Shown here: piece by piece, positions 25,801 through 52,944 of the stretch
How the letters are laid out: each line of letters starts with the position of its first letter
Position numbering within the stretch: the stretch's first letter is position 1
Origin: Lytechinus pictus
Taxonomy: Eukaryota
NCBI RefSeq assembly: GCF_037042905.1
Contig: NC_087251.1
Span: 12,402,001 to 12,466,000, forward strand
Direction: 5' to 3'
Length of the DNA stretch: 64,000 nt
Made by a program: the position numbers and the translations under genes
The notes under the pieces: generated by a model
Told to the model about the DNA's origin: nothing
What the model saw: the letters and a program-made list of their open reading frames with translations, nothing else
The model's database searches: none

Positions 25801-28800
25801 GGCAATAGACGAATTGGCAATTATACTGTGGTGTAATAAGGAAATGGCGCTAGGGGTAAACGTTGCAATCGCGCCATTCCGGTGACCCTCAGAGCTTCTG
25901 ATGTTTCCACTCACTGACCTTTTAACTGTTTCGATCGATATTTTTAGAGGAGTTGCGAAATGGGAACTTATCACATTCTGGAATTATTCAAATATGTTGC
26001 TAACGTCCTACATCATTGGTTCATATTCAACATTTATTCTTTTTTTATGGTATAATCTTAACACCGAGCTTAAACTTCTTTTCTTATCACATCGACTCCG
26101 GTAGACCAAAAGCAATATAATCAACGGTCTATAACGGGTCTTCGACACAGCGCGATGAGATTTGACGTCAATACAACTTCCAGCCAATCAAACAGCAGTA
26201 TATATTCATGCCAATGTCATAGCTGCGTTGTTGTTGTTGTTTTATGTATTATTTTAATTACTTTGTTTAATAAAAAAACTCGACGAGAGTAGTCATAGAT
26301 CACACAGTGTCGATTGTCGACCCATTTCTGACGAATACCATACCCCTCTTTGCACATTTCACAGTAACAGGCCATTCAGATTTTAGGGTGATATATAAAA
26401 CTTGTAGCTCTATAATTACGGAATATATAATTTAATTAGGTGGGAAACGAAATAAACGATAAATAAGAAAAAAATAGTATTCCTACTTGGCTTTGTCACC
26501 GGGATAGCCAACATTCATCCCTGCCTCTACTGAGTCCCAGCGTCCTTTCTCCAATCCATATCCCTTCAAACCCGGGTTAAACTTTCGCAGAACATCTGAT
26601 TGGATTGTGATAATAAAATTCATAAGCATGATACTGACACTGATGTAATTATGATGATATTGTTGTAGATGATGATGATGATGATGATGATAATGATATC
26701 AATATTGATAATAATTTTAACAAAAACTAACTGATGATGATAAAGAAATAAAATAATGATCATACGTAGGAGATCAATATCAATATTAATTCAATTAAGT
26801 CCCATATCCCTTCATAGGCTTTTTCAGAAATCAAATTGGATAAATAGGCCCTATATAGGTAAAAGAATAGTAATAATGATAATGGTAATACAACACTAAT
26901 TATAATGGTGATACTGAAAATAAGAACGGTAAATAACAATAATAATAATAATAATGATAATGATAATATTAATAATAATAATGAAATTATAGATTTAAAA
27001 AATGGGTCCTTCGTGGGGGAAATATTTCAATCATGGAAACACGAGGAATTTAGAAGTTTTCTTTTCATCCTGACTGCAATAGAATAGGTTACAAAATCTC
27101 TCGACACTTACTAGCCAAAGTCGGATTAGTTTCAAAGCCTTCATCACCTCCATGACTGTATAGGAGAACAAATAATCAAATGAAAACGTATTAAACAACA
27201 GGTTTGTTTAATGGACGCTTATCAAAGTATTTCAGAATGAAATCGTACATCAGGCTGAAACTATCAGCTTGTATCAGTCAACTACATATGGATACCATTT
27301 CTATAAAATGTACAGAAGTGTCACATGGAGCGAAATTAATTCGTCAGGTGATTTATTTTATCCTGCAACTGATCCAGACCGATTTGGGCTGTAAAATAAG
27401 TGCCCGAGTTCCCAATATGATAAAAGAAGTTTTTAACCATCAAAAGCGGGATCTAAGTTTTCACTTTCTCCTGGAAAAGGACATTCATTTTGGTAAGACT
27501 TTTTGTTTGGTGCAACTTACCTGAATGTTAAACCCCTGTATTCATATGCTAATTCTGGTAAGAAGCAAGCTCCAGCCCCATTAGCAGCCTGGTATGTGAT
27601 ATAAAGGTTTATATGGCAAAAAAAAGTTACTGGTACGTACGTAAAGTAAATGAAAATCGGTGTGTCAGAATTATTCAAAATATTTGATTTTTTGGAAAAT
27701 TTCTTTGAAACTTTTATTTGATTTGTAGGTTCTTTTGAATCTTGGAAAACAATCATTTTTTTCTATGCATATTTACTCCAGCCCATGAGCTACTATTGAC
27801 CTCCTCTCCACGAAGATACGATAAAACATGATTTTGTATTTATAATTATACATTCTTAATGAAAAAAATCATCCACTACTGCTTAATGAAGGAAATTAAC
27901 GTTTTGGGGGCTAAATGACGCTAAACACTTCGTGGTTTAATACACATTTTTGTGTGAAAAATTACCAATCAAACAAACTTTTCGTTTAGTATTTAACCAA
28001 ACGTTCATGTTCCATTCTTACTTGATATCGGTTACCTTTTTTTAATTTAAAGTGCTGACTTAAAGTTTTATTCTAAAATCTAGAGGCCACAACTTGACAG
28101 CAACTTCGTAATATCTCTGTAAGTACACAGCTTATCATTGTTTTATCAGTGTTAATTCGGTACTTAATTTCAAGACGCTCTTACAGGTACTCACCGATAA
28201 GGAATCTCCCATTGCGCCAATGACCTTGATATCAGCCGGACGTAGTCGATGGACTAAAAAGAAAATATCGATAACACTATAATGGAGATAGTGGAAGTGT
28301 GGAACCAAAATTAAAGATTCAGTTCTTTCGAAACAAAATCATTGTTCTGGTAATTGTAGAACCTTTCAAGTATATCAATATTAAAGATTCATATGTTTTG
28401 AAACAAATATCCCTGTTCTGGTCATCAGCGTACAGATGGGGGTGTTGGGGCAAGGACCCCCCCCCAAAAAAAAAAAAGTCCATGACCAAGGAAAGAGGTG
28501 ATAAAAAGAAAGAGAAGGTAAGGAACAAGAGTGGAATATTATAATATTTTCTAAATATGTCAAAATCTAACAGAAGAGTAGATTTTTTTATAAAAAAGGT
28601 ACAAAGAACTGCCGGCTTGCTTCGCTCGCTCGAAGATTTTTCAAAGATTTTCCCCATACTAGCCATGTGGTCACTACGCTACAGGACCTGGTAAAAAAAG
28701 ATCAAACAAATTTGGAAAGCTATTTACAAATACTTGTGAACTGTACGAATTATGCACATAACATTTGGATTTATAAAGGTAAATTCTTGAAAGTTAGCTG

Positions 28801-31800
28801 GAACGAATATATACTGTATTTATCTGGGTACTGACATAACTCCAACTACTATTTATCCTATGATGATGACTGACAAAATGTTATTAAATAATGCTACACG
28901 TACAGTATGTCTGCAGTAATGTCGCAATGGGGTATATTTCTTTGATATATATGAAGTACACGATAGCAGGATACTGACGCTTTATTTTAAATGTAATCAA
29001 TTCAAATCGATTTTTGTAGTATGGGTTTATAGGGGCAGTTCACTCTGACATAATTTTATTGTAAAAATAACAGAAAAAAATAATCAAAAAATATTGGGGA
29101 AAGTTTGAGGAAAATCCATTAAAAAATATATAACAATATTAGAATTTTAATCATTTGATTTGTGACGTCATATTCGAGCAGCCTTCCTCCATATCGTATA
29201 GTAAACAATCAATGAAATGTCATTTTCTCAGAAAATTGAAAAAGATCTTTATTGTATCTTCAGTATATCAATACCAGAATGATTTCACTCCCTCTCCTAA
29301 AAAGAAAATGAAACTTAAGTCATCACGAACCATTAAAAAATGAATTGTATGTAGTTTATATTACATAAATATATGGGGGAGCTGCTCGTTTACGACGTCA
29401 CAAATTAAAAACTTGAAATTCTAATAGTTTTATTTAATGGATTTTCTCAAACATTCACCAATATTTTTTATTATTTTTAGCTATATTTACAACAAAGTTT
29501 TCGTCAGGGTGAACTTCCCCTTTAAGTATACTGTTCACGAATTATTTAAGAAATATTGAGATTTGGGTGATTTTTTCCATGTCATATGTCTTTTCTATTC
29601 TCTATGTCTTATGTTTTCTTAAACATGCATGAATATTCTCTTTCAACTTTGCATAATTTTCATTTCATGCTAAAAGTTATGTAGGCCTAATCTTTTATAA
29701 TTGTACCCATGGGTATAATAGGTATACCAGTGTACTCTTCTTTCTTTTTTATTTACATTCAAAATTAATGTAAAAATACACTTGAAAGAAGAAATTACAA
29801 TTTATTCACCAAATGCAATTTACTAAAAATTGCATGGTTGTCATATAATAAAAGATTTTTGCTTCAATATTGCTGTTATTTAGTACATAATGTATTTTGA
29901 AAACGTATTTTCACCTTAAACAATTCCATTTCCACATGGTTCGGTATCATTTTTATTTTTGTTTTCTTTCTTATATGCAATCATGATCATGACAATAGCA
30001 TTTATTTCAATGACTGGTAATGATTGGAAAGTCTAATATATTATTAGTTGAGATACTTAATTCATGTGAAGCGCATAGAGACTTCGTGAATTATGCGTAA
30101 TAGAATGTAATTTTATTATTATTATTATTAGACTATATCGTACATGTATTTCATTATATTACAGCGATTTTGAGATCTGCGTTTGTATTTTGTTCGAAAA
30201 GAAAAGCAGAGTTATTGTATAGACGAATACTCACCAGATGCAGGAATCTCATTTGACGGCGTTGTGACGGTGCAGGGGAATTCCAGATTTTTGCCTAAGG
30301 CCTTAAAAAATGAAAACCTATACTAATCAATTTACCTATATACAGAAGATACAACCACATGAATTAGCCAATCTCTTGTAAGAAAAACAGGGGGTTATGG
30401 TACAACTTTCTTTTATAATATTATATAATAATGTTTAAAATGCGATTATTAATTACATTATTTGTTATTGTAAATGAACATAGATTAGAAATTGGTCGAA
30501 TGTACACAACTTAAAATATTGTTAAATATTGTTCTTTTCCTTATTAGTCAATATTCCAGCTGAACATTATGTTATTGATATGGACAAAAAGTATGCCCTT
30601 ATCCGTGTATTGTATATATGAAATATGTGATCAAATAAAAATTGCGATTTCGTTGTAAAAACACATTTCATTCGTGTTTCTTTAATCGCCATAACCCTAA
30701 TGCTTTGCAGTAATTTTAATATCATCCAGTGAAAAGATACAGCGAAGTGTGATCTGTTAATTTGAAATGGTTTGAAAATAAATTATTTGTTAGAGTAAAT
30801 TTGAATTATAGAAAATTATGATACTTCTTGTCACAATATTGCCCATTTGCATAGTTCCCATATTTATTTGTTTTCCTTTAATCAGTTCCACTAATCATTT
30901 GGCAGTAACTTGACCTTAAATTGGGAGGTTTATCACTGGACTCCCGAATTTTTAAATCAGTGGAATCATATTTTTATCATCGCAATCATAATATCGTGAT
31001 ACCACCTAACCTCGTTGCCTTTTCGCATGCTACTTTTTATTTCCTTTCCAGAGTGAGAGAAAAAAACTGTTTTAGTTTTTGATATCGAAGTCTTATCAAA
31101 CCCACCAGCTTTCATGTGTATACAACCAACTCTCTATCGCATTATTCCCCTCATGAACTTGCCTCCCCTCATCCGCCTACCAAAGTCACCCACTAACGCA
31201 CCTCCCCTCACCCACCTACCTAAGCCACTCACGAACGCACCTCGCCTCACCGACCAATACCTAAGCCACTAACTAACGCACCTCCTCTCACCCACCTACC
31301 TAAGCTACTCACTAACGCACTTCCCCTCACCCACCTACCTAAGCTACTCACTAACGCACCTCTCCTCACCCATCTACCTAAGCTACTCACTAACGCACCT
31401 CGCCTCACCAACCTATACCTAAGCTACTCACTAACGCACCTCCTCTCACCCACCTACCTAAACTACTCACTTAACGCACTTCCCCTCACCCATCTACCTA
31501 AGCTACTCACTAACGCACCTCCCCTCATCCACCTACCTAACCTACTCACTAACGCACCTCCCCTCACCCACCTACCTAAGCCACTCACTAACGGACCTCC
31601 CCTCACCCATCTACCTAAGCTACTCACTAACGCACCTCGCCTCACCAACCTATACCTAAGCCACTCACTAACGCACATCTCCTCACCCATCTACCTAAGC
31701 TACTCACTAACGCACCTCTCCTCACCCATCTACCTAAGCTACTCACTAACGCACCTCGCCTCACCAACCTATACCTAAGCTACTCACTAACGCACCTCCT

Positions 31801-34800
31801 CTCACCCACCTACCTAAACTACTCACTTAACGCACTTCCCCTCACCCATCTACCTAAGCTACTCACTAACGCACCTCTCCTCACCCATCTACCTAAGCTA
31901 CTCACTAACGCACCTCGCCTCACCAACCTATACCTAAGCTACTCACTAACGCACCTCCTCTCACCCACCTACCTAAGCTACTCACTTAACGCACTTCCCC
32001 TCACCCACCTACCTAAACTACTCACTTAACGCACTTCCCCTCACCCACCTACCTAAGCTACTCACTAACGCACCTCTCCTCACCCATCTACCTAAGCTAC
32101 TCACTAACGCACCTCGCCTCACCGACCTATACCTAAGCCACGCACTAACGCACCTCCTCTCACCCACCTACCTAAGCTACTCACTAACGCACCTCACCCA
32201 CCTACCTAAGCTACTCACTAACGCACCTCCCCTCACCCACCTACCTAAGCTACTCTCTAACGCACCTCCCCTCACCCACCTACCTAAGCTACTCTCTAAC
32301 GCACCTCCCTACCTATATGCTCCTCACTAACGCACCTCCCCTCACCCGCCTACCTAAGCTACTCTCTAACGCACCTCCCTACCTATATGCTCTTCACTAA
32401 CGCACTTCCCCTCACCCACCTACCTAAGCTACTCACTAACACACCTCACCCACCTACCTAAGCTACTCACTAACGCACCTCACCCACCTACCTAAGCTAC
32501 TCACTAACGCACTTCCCCTCACCCACCTACCTAAGCTACTCACTAACACACCTCACCCACCTACCTAAGCTACTCACTAACGCACCTCCCCTCACCCACC
32601 TACCTAAGCTACTCTCTAACGCACCTCCCTACCTATATGCTCTTCACTAACGCACTTCCCCTCACCAACCTCCCTAGCTACTCTCTAACGTACATGCCCT
32701 CACAGTCACCCACCTACCTAAGCTACTTACTAACGCACCTCCCCTCACCCGCCTAGCTATGCCACTCTCTAACACACACCCCCTCACCCACCGACCTGAG
32801 CTACTCATTAACGCACCTCATCTCACACACCTACCTAATGCACATGCCCCTCAACCACATACTTAAAACAGCTGTTCGACTCGCCGTACGGCTGCGGAAG
32901 AGAAAATGAGACTGGGGTATTATCAACTACATAATCCACCATGGGCGGAAATCCCAGGGGGGACAGGGGGGACGTGTCCCCCCTACTCAAAATAGTAGGG
33001 GGGACACAATATCAAATGTCCCCCCTACTATTTTTGGTCTTTTATGATGGTATACATCATTCTAAATCGAAATAAAACATGTATTTTGGGACGAGATGAC
33101 CTTACTTTGGCGATGATGACCTTTTTTTTTTGCTTGTCAAATTTTCCCGCCCCTTGTCCCCATAGGCGGATCCAGGGGGCCGAGGGGCCCGCCCCCTCCC
33201 CCTCTAGGCGGAGCAAAAAAAGAAAAAGGAAAGAAAGAAGGAAAAAAGGAGGGAAAAGAGAGGAGAAAAAGAAGAGCAGGACGACGAGTGCATAAAATAA
33301 GATGAGGGGAAGTCTTGGAAAATAAAAAGAATCTTTCGTGCCACTATATAAAATTTTCGCTCGCGCTTCGCGCTCGCATTGCCTGTTAGGTGATTTACAT
33401 ATCTTGTTCAATATGGAGTTCGAATATCAAGTTTGGAAGTCAATATACAAAACATATTTCACCTCGGAAATCGAACTTTCATTATTTTGTGTAATTTACA
33501 AATTGGTTTTTAAAGGTCAAGTCCACCCCAGAAAATTGTTGATTTGAATTGATAGAGAAAAATCAAACAAACATAACACTGCAAATTTCATCGAATTCGG
33601 ATGTAAAATAAGAAAGTTATGACATTTTTAAGTTTCGCTTATTTTTCACAAAACAGTTAAATGCACAACTCAGCGATATGCAAATGAGAGAATCGATGAT
33701 GTCCATCACTCACTATTTCTTTTGTATTTTATTGTTTGAATAATACAATAATTCAATTTTTATGGATTTGACAATAAGGACCAACTTAACTTAACCATAA
33801 ACTGTTAAAATAATGGTAATTCCACATGTTCAGGGAAAAATAAAACTTTGTTTCACTTGACAAGGAGGGGAAAATTAGAATATTTCATATTTCAAATAAT
33901 AAATGATACAAAAGAAATAGTGAGTGGGTGATGTCATCAGTCTATCAATTTGCATACCGACCAGGATGTGCATATAACTGTTTAGTGAAATTAAGCGAAA
34001 CTTTAAAATGTCATAACTTTCTTATTTTACATCCGATTTTGATGAAATTTTCAGTGTTTTGCTTGTTGGATTTTTCTCCTTTCTTTCAAATCAACTTTTT
34101 GTTGGGGTGGACTTGTCCTTTAAAAAGTGCTCTGTAAAAATGTCAGTTTTATTGGCTGAATGTTAACATTTGCTGCTTGCGCTGCGCGCTCGCAAATTTT
34201 GATTTATCAGGTACCTATTGTTTCCGTGTATTCCATAAAGTTGTCAGAATATCCCTTTTCAGGTCTGATTGTCAAGACGTATCAGCAAGCGCGCTGCACG
34301 CTCGCATTTTGATTGGCGAGTTATATAAATGTTTTAATATTGATTATACAACAAACTACTTAAAATCCCCTTTTCATGACCGTTAATTAAAAAATTTAGC
34401 TCGCGATTTGCGCTCGCATTTAATGGTTAAAAAAATATTAACTGATGCATAATCACAAAAGTGAAATGTCCAGTTTTTATGCCATGATATCATCAGATTT
34501 CGCGCCCTCATTAGGCATTAATTGATATTAATTTAATAATTAAATTGTCCCTTTTGTTTCATCTCGCGCTTAGCAAGAGGAATATGAAGATGTCGTAAGG
34601 ATGTCCCGGTCCTATGCCAAAACTCAAAGTAATAATAATGTCAGCTCTTTTTTAAGTGCGATCCATATCCACCTTACAATTTTTCTACAAAGCGCTCGAA
34701 ATATAAAGCTGAAATTGACTCTTTTTTCAGATCGGAATATCAAAGTTCTTGATTTTCATGATTAAAGTTGTATTTAGAATGCTTATATATTCTAGGTCTA

Positions 34801-37489
34801 AATATGAAACACGCTCGCGCATGTTTATTCAGATACTCAACTTGTTCTCTAATTTAAATCATTATCCAGTTTCAGATCACAATATCAAAATTTTTCTGCT
34901 CGCGCTTTGTGCTCGCATTATTAATGTAGGAAGACCCCATGCCATATTACTCATTCTTTTTTACAAAACATGAACAGAGTGGTCCATTTTTAGGTCTAAA
35001 TCTCGATTTTTTTTTTCGGCTCGCGCTTCGCGCTCGCATCAATCGTTAAATCATATAGCTATCCTGTTCACGATTACAAAAACTGTTTAAAATTTTCCAT
35101 TCTTTCTTTAGAAAGTTCAACATTTTTCAGCTCGCGCTTCGCGCTAGCATTTTTTGATTGTTGAAATATGTAACGCCTTCATGGCTAAGTGCAAGCAGTC
35201 CTTAACAGGTACATTTTCAACAGGTACCAGTTCAAAACGTATATAAAAATTTTCTGCTCGCGCTTTGCGCTCGCATTATTAATACTCATCCTTTTCAGGA
35301 TTTACAAAACATGAATAGAGTGTCTCGTTCAGTAAATATTATAGGACTAATTCTCGAAATTTTCCGCTCGCGCTTCGCGCTCGCATTAATTGTTTACTTA
35401 TATACCTATTCTGCTTGAGTTACAAAAAGTGCTTAGAATTTCCATTCTTTAGGTGATAATGTCCAAAAAAAATTCAGCTCGCGCTTCGCGCTCGAATTAT
35501 TTGATTGTTAAATGCTACTTTAACAGGTATCTTTTCCATTAGTTCATTTCTGCTCGAGCTTTGCGTTCGTAGTAATTATTAAGTTGCATACACATCTTTT
35601 TCAGGATAACAAACATTGCCCAGAATCAGTTCAAATTTTAGGAAAAAATGCATGAAATTTCCAAAAAAAATTAGCTCACGCTTCGCGCTCGCATCATATA
35701 TATAAGGATTATGATATAATATATTAATTTATAATAATAAAGCTAAGAAGTGACTAATGAGGACTACCCCTTCAAAGAAACAAAAATCATCTTGGAGCTG
35801 CCAATCGGGGAAAATATGGCTAAAACAAATTTCCGCCCCCCCCCCCCTATTGGCGAAGGCTGGATCCGCCCCTGTGTCCCCCCTACCTTTTGGGAGAGAT
35901 TTCCGCCCCTGTAATCCACACAAGCACAAACCACACACAAAGACACACAGCCATACTCACAGGTATACCGAGTGGTCTATCCTCGTAACACTCAAAGCCA
36001 GGAAGCTTCCGCAGCGTTTCATTCCAATCTACCATGATTTCACTTAAGTCATCAACAAGACCATTGTAAGCCTCTTCAAATCGCTCATCTAGAATATAAT
36101 GAAGTCAAGAAAGAGATAAGATTTTTTAATCTCTATATTTTGTTCCTGGATATGTTCTGTGAATCATGCAGAATAAGAGGAAATGGAAGAGTAAATATAT
36201 GTTCAAAATCAAACCTTTACAAACTAGGGAAATATGCCGGGAAAAATGAAAGAGAAGTACAATATGTAAAATTTCGCATGAAAAATGATGATTGCAGAAA
36301 CAAAAAATCGAACAGCAAACCGAAAAAAAAAAGATTATGAAGAATAAACAGAATGCCATTAAAACGCAATTTAAAAAACTTTGATAGTTGAATATTGAAT
36401 GGAATTTTGACTGAACAAAAAAATATATATTGGGGTTATACTTGACTCACAACTGACGTGCTATGAACATAGTACTAAAGTGTCCCGTACAATTGATGTA
36501 TTCGCCTCATAAAGCACTTAATACATCATAAAACTGTTATAACTTTAGATTTTTCTTTAATTTTACATCACATCGATTATTAGTGTACGGAGTCATTCCG
36601 TACAACAATAATTGATGTGTGGTAAGTGGTGAAACTGTTCAAAAACAAATCTATCCAAACTACAAGAAATTACAAATAAATATGCGAGATTAATATTAAC
36701 ACCACAGTACACCACACTATACACCTAATTCTTACAACACTAAATTGGTAATCTGTTGAACAAAGACTAAAATATCACTACTATTAATTAATATTCAAAA
36801 TTATTAATAGCCCCGAATTATTCAAAATCGCTAATTTCTCATCGCACTATTAACCATTGAACGGACTATGGACTAAATTCTCTCCTAATTATATTCCTTT
36901 CCCTAAAACTGAATTCAAAAGAAGATCCTTCTCATATAAAGCAAGCTCCCTATTCAATAAACTCCCACCAATTCTATCAATTCTTTTAATTGAGGATGCC
37001 AACTGGCCAAAACATAAACTCTGTTCTGTTATTCCTTCCTTCTTTGTTTGTCTGTCTTAATTATTTTTCGTTTATTCTATAGATTATAACTCGTTATACT
37101 TTGTTAATTTTCGTTTGTTTTAATGTATATTTGATCATGTTTATGTTCTATAGCTGTGTTTTTGAATAAAATATAAATAAATGAATAAATAAAGAAAGAA
37201 AGAAATTATAATAATAAATAATTTTCAATAATTGTTTAATTATGTCTTCCTTTATTTTGAGTGGACAGGCACAGACTCCATTTGTTAATAATATAATCCT
37301 TATGCCTCACCAAACGGACTGTTTAAGATATTGTGCACTGTGAAAGAAAGAAAAATAAAATATCAAATCAATCGAGTAAACACAGCATTTATCAAAGAGA
37401 ATGTTTATACCTCCAAGTGCTTGCCAGAAGTTAAGATGGAACAATATAGCAGCCAAGAAAATCGTATATCTCAAGGTTCCTGCCATCAT
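16861..37489 (-). CDS. PLB1: Phospholipase B1-like single-domain GDSL/SGNH lipase, copy A; 14 exons, 447 aa
   Basis: Exons 5'->3': 37411-37489, 35961-36088, 30235-30301, 28195-28253, 27521-27588, 27112-27155, 26487-26595, 25245-25443, 24218-24306, 22859-22934, 22019-22123, 19619-19714, 17676-17744, 16861-17016. All introns are GT-AG with consistent phases, total 1344 nt. Motifs: signal peptide, [63 protein letters not shown], hydrophobic C-terminus. Confidence 0.93.
17851..18790 (-). mobile_element. 5'-truncated Tc1-family (DD34E) transposon in intron 12 of PLB1 copy A
   Basis: TA followed by a Tc1-like end CACTACTCAAAAAAAGTTAAGG at 17851. The frame is open from 18789 to 18109 and contains [29 protein letters not shown] and [15 protein letters not shown]. 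The N-terminal DNA-binding region and the other TIR are missing. Confidence 0.93.
18109..18789 (-). pseudogene. Tc1 transposase catalytic-domain fragment
   Basis: 227 uninterrupted codons including the stop, with 34 residues between the second D and the E. There is no native start. Confidence 0.88.
23704..24123. mobile_element. Degenerate MITE
   Basis: Inverted termini CACCGCGCACCTTACGA / TCGTAAGGTATGCGGTG. Confidence 0.6.
24831..25121. repeat. Perfect 145-bp tandem duplication
   Basis: AACAATCTAAAGATCC...TTCTCCTCCG occurs at 24831-24975 and 24976-25120. Confidence 0.95.
25490..25827. mobile_element. MITE-like element with inverted subterminal TTCGTC/GACGAA repeats
   Basis: The left half is rich in TTCGTCCA/TTGGTCTA and the right half in TAGACGAA/TGGACGGA. 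Confidence 0.5.
29031..29521. mobile_element. TTAA-type (Kolobok-like) MITE
   Basis: Ends AGGGGCAGTTCACTCTGAC and GTCAGGGTGAACTTCCCCT-TTAA, with long imperfect inverted arms. Confidence 0.7.
31160..32860. repeat. ~39-bp C-rich minisatellite (CTCACTAACGCACCTCCCCTCACCCACCTACCTAAGCTA), about 40 units
   Basis: Seen directly in intron 2 of PLB1 copy A. Variant units recur in ordered blocks. Confidence 0.95.
33161..35874. mobile_element. Non-autonomous TIR element (family of 12856-15515) flanked by TGTCCC direct repeats
   Basis: CATAGGCGGATCCAG...CTGGATCCGCCCCTG with TGTCCC immediately on both sides. Confidence 0.85.
33514..34119. mobile_element. ~600-bp TTAA-TSD (Kolobok-like) MITE, copy 1
   Basis: TTAA-AGGTCAAGTCCACCCC...GGGGTGGACTTGTCCT-TTAA. 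The empty site is visible near 13250. Confidence 0.9.
36410..37200 (+). mobile_element. Highly decayed 3' end of a LINE (CR1/L2-like) in intron 1 of copy A
   Basis: Peptide remnants [22 protein letters not shown] and [17 protein letters not shown], followed by an (AATA)n tail. Confidence 0.6.
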
Positions 37490-39722
37490 TTAGGTAAAAC
37501 ATCTAGAACAGAATAACACTCAGTGAATAGTACCCTCGCTATCAAAGAATTATTCCAACTGACACAAATAGCTTAATATTCGTGACGTTTTGTTCCTTTG
37601 CTTTTCTCTATACATAGATTCCTTAAATGGGTCTCGTTACCTATGCAAATACCATAATGGTACTTGATGACTTTATGACCATTTATCTGATTCGGCGCTA
37701 CCTATAGATTGATTTAATTAGCGTATTGCGTGACCTGGGGCAATAGTATCTCTTTGAAACACAGCAAATTAGACATGCAAACTTTTGTTTTTCAAACTGG
37801 TGCTTTTTCCAGGTCACACACCACACCCCCATAACGCCTTCTTTCATATCAATTGTGTGGAGCAAGAAGAAAACGGGGTTGAACGATTGACTATTTGTCA
37901 AACAAAATCTGGTGTATCGTGCCAACTCTTTACCGTAAAGATACTATGTTGTATAAATGAATTGATTACGGTATATTATGTTATTTTCAGGGAGAGTTAA
38001 TAACTTCGTATAGTTATTTGTAACTGACCGATGTAAAGTTAATTTTCCTTTAATTGCAATATATTATTTCAATTCTATTCTGTTCAGTTATGTTTGAAAT
38101 ATAACCTTCAAACTTTACAACGTAACATACTGACATTGGCTGGCCCTTGATCTTCAAGTTTTGTAAATATGTATTGAGAAAAATATACCTCGACCATGAA
38201 ATAGTGATAAACTATGTTTTCCGTCATTTGGTATAATTCATAAATGAAATTAATATCTTTATTGCATGTCAAGGAAATTCGAATATTCAGATGTTTAATA
38301 ACACAACCCTTTCCGACTTTATGTCTTTTGTTGCACCCAATTTACCAAGTTCTGGTACAAATTCGACCTGTTATAATTACAAGATGTGACCAAGTAAAAG
38401 CGTAAAATTACATATTTAGGTCTACCCCAAAACATCATGTAGAGGATTTCATATGACCATGAGCATAATGAGGATCACATAACCCTCTCTCTCTCTCTCT
38501 CTCTCCACTTCCCATTCTTTTCATCTTCTCTCTCTCTCTATCGTTCCCATTCCCTTACTCATTCAGTAAGTTTGGTGAGAAATCCTGTGAAGTCTCAGAA
38601 ATTATTTTATCCTTTATAGAAGTTAATTCAACAACAATAAATGAAAAATTGTGTAATTCCTTTTTTTCTGCATGAGAATTTCAATCAAGCCAGTGCGATT
38701 GGCGTATACAATGAGTTAGCCAAGTCAAAGCATTATGGTAAGGAACCTCCAGCATTTGTATAGTTAGTGTGCTACGTTTGAAAGAAACATGAATGTTTGG
38801 GTGTTTGTTGATAGTTTACTTATTATTTGGTTCATTTATTTATTATGACACTGCAAAACTCTCCGTTGTTAATACATACTTTCTAATTTAAATGCTAAGT
38901 AAACACGAGCATTGGTCATAGAAATGAATAGTGACGAAAGGGAATATTTTGTTTCTACTTTATCAAATAAGAGTTAAAAAATAACACGACAACATAAAAG
39001 CTTGTCTTATGTACATCTTATTTTTTCTTTATTTTTTACAGAAAGTTAACAGTAGAAATCATTTATTGGAAAAACAGACATATCTTATATATCATATATT
39101 TGAATGTTTAATCGCAATTAAACTAGGTCACCAATATCGTATCACCTAACCTTGCATGCAGTTATGATTAAATTAATTCTATTTTATAACAGTACACACA
39201 TAGGTGAAGGGTGTCAGAAAAAAGGATGTTTCACAATCTTTTGAGAAGTAGTTCACGTAATTTTATACCAGCAATAAATTTTCCGCCATCTGTAGCAAAA
39301 TAAACATAATTGTACTTTGCATCAACCTACAAAATATATAAGATGCTCAAGTTTGTTTAAATTAAGGAAAACCTTGTCGTCTGATAGATGCTAAATTATT
39401 TAATGTGAAATAACATCCAGATCTTTTTAGTTAGATGATTATTGTCAAATCAAAGTCGACAATTTCAGAGCTTTACTTTGGGCTCTGTTCCATACAATAT
39501 GTTATTCGTGACAAATTCCCAGTTCCTGTCACAAGATAATGAAATGGTAACATTTGATTGGCTAAGAGCAATTCAGTAGGCCTGATTTATCGATAAAAAA
39601 GTTTTGTGAATCAGAGCCTAACCATTTCAACCTGTTATTGACATGGGTTTGTGAGTTCATGGTGTGTACCAGTCATGCATGGCCCATATCATATATTATC
39701 CATTTTTATATCGTTTTTGTTA

Positions 39723-52944
<13,222 letters not shown>

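Larger units (their letters stand above)
32940..35911. mobile_element. hAT-type MITE with 8-bp TSD TAATCCAC, hosting nested elements
   Basis: TIRs CATGGGCGGAAATC / GATTTCCGCCCCTG; TAATCCAC at 32932-32939 and 35912-35919. Confidence 0.85.

Noticed and set aside
31160..32860. CRISPR array or coding repeat (ORF 31463-31690)
   Set aside because: It is a spacerless minisatellite, and the ORF is a by-product of the repeat.
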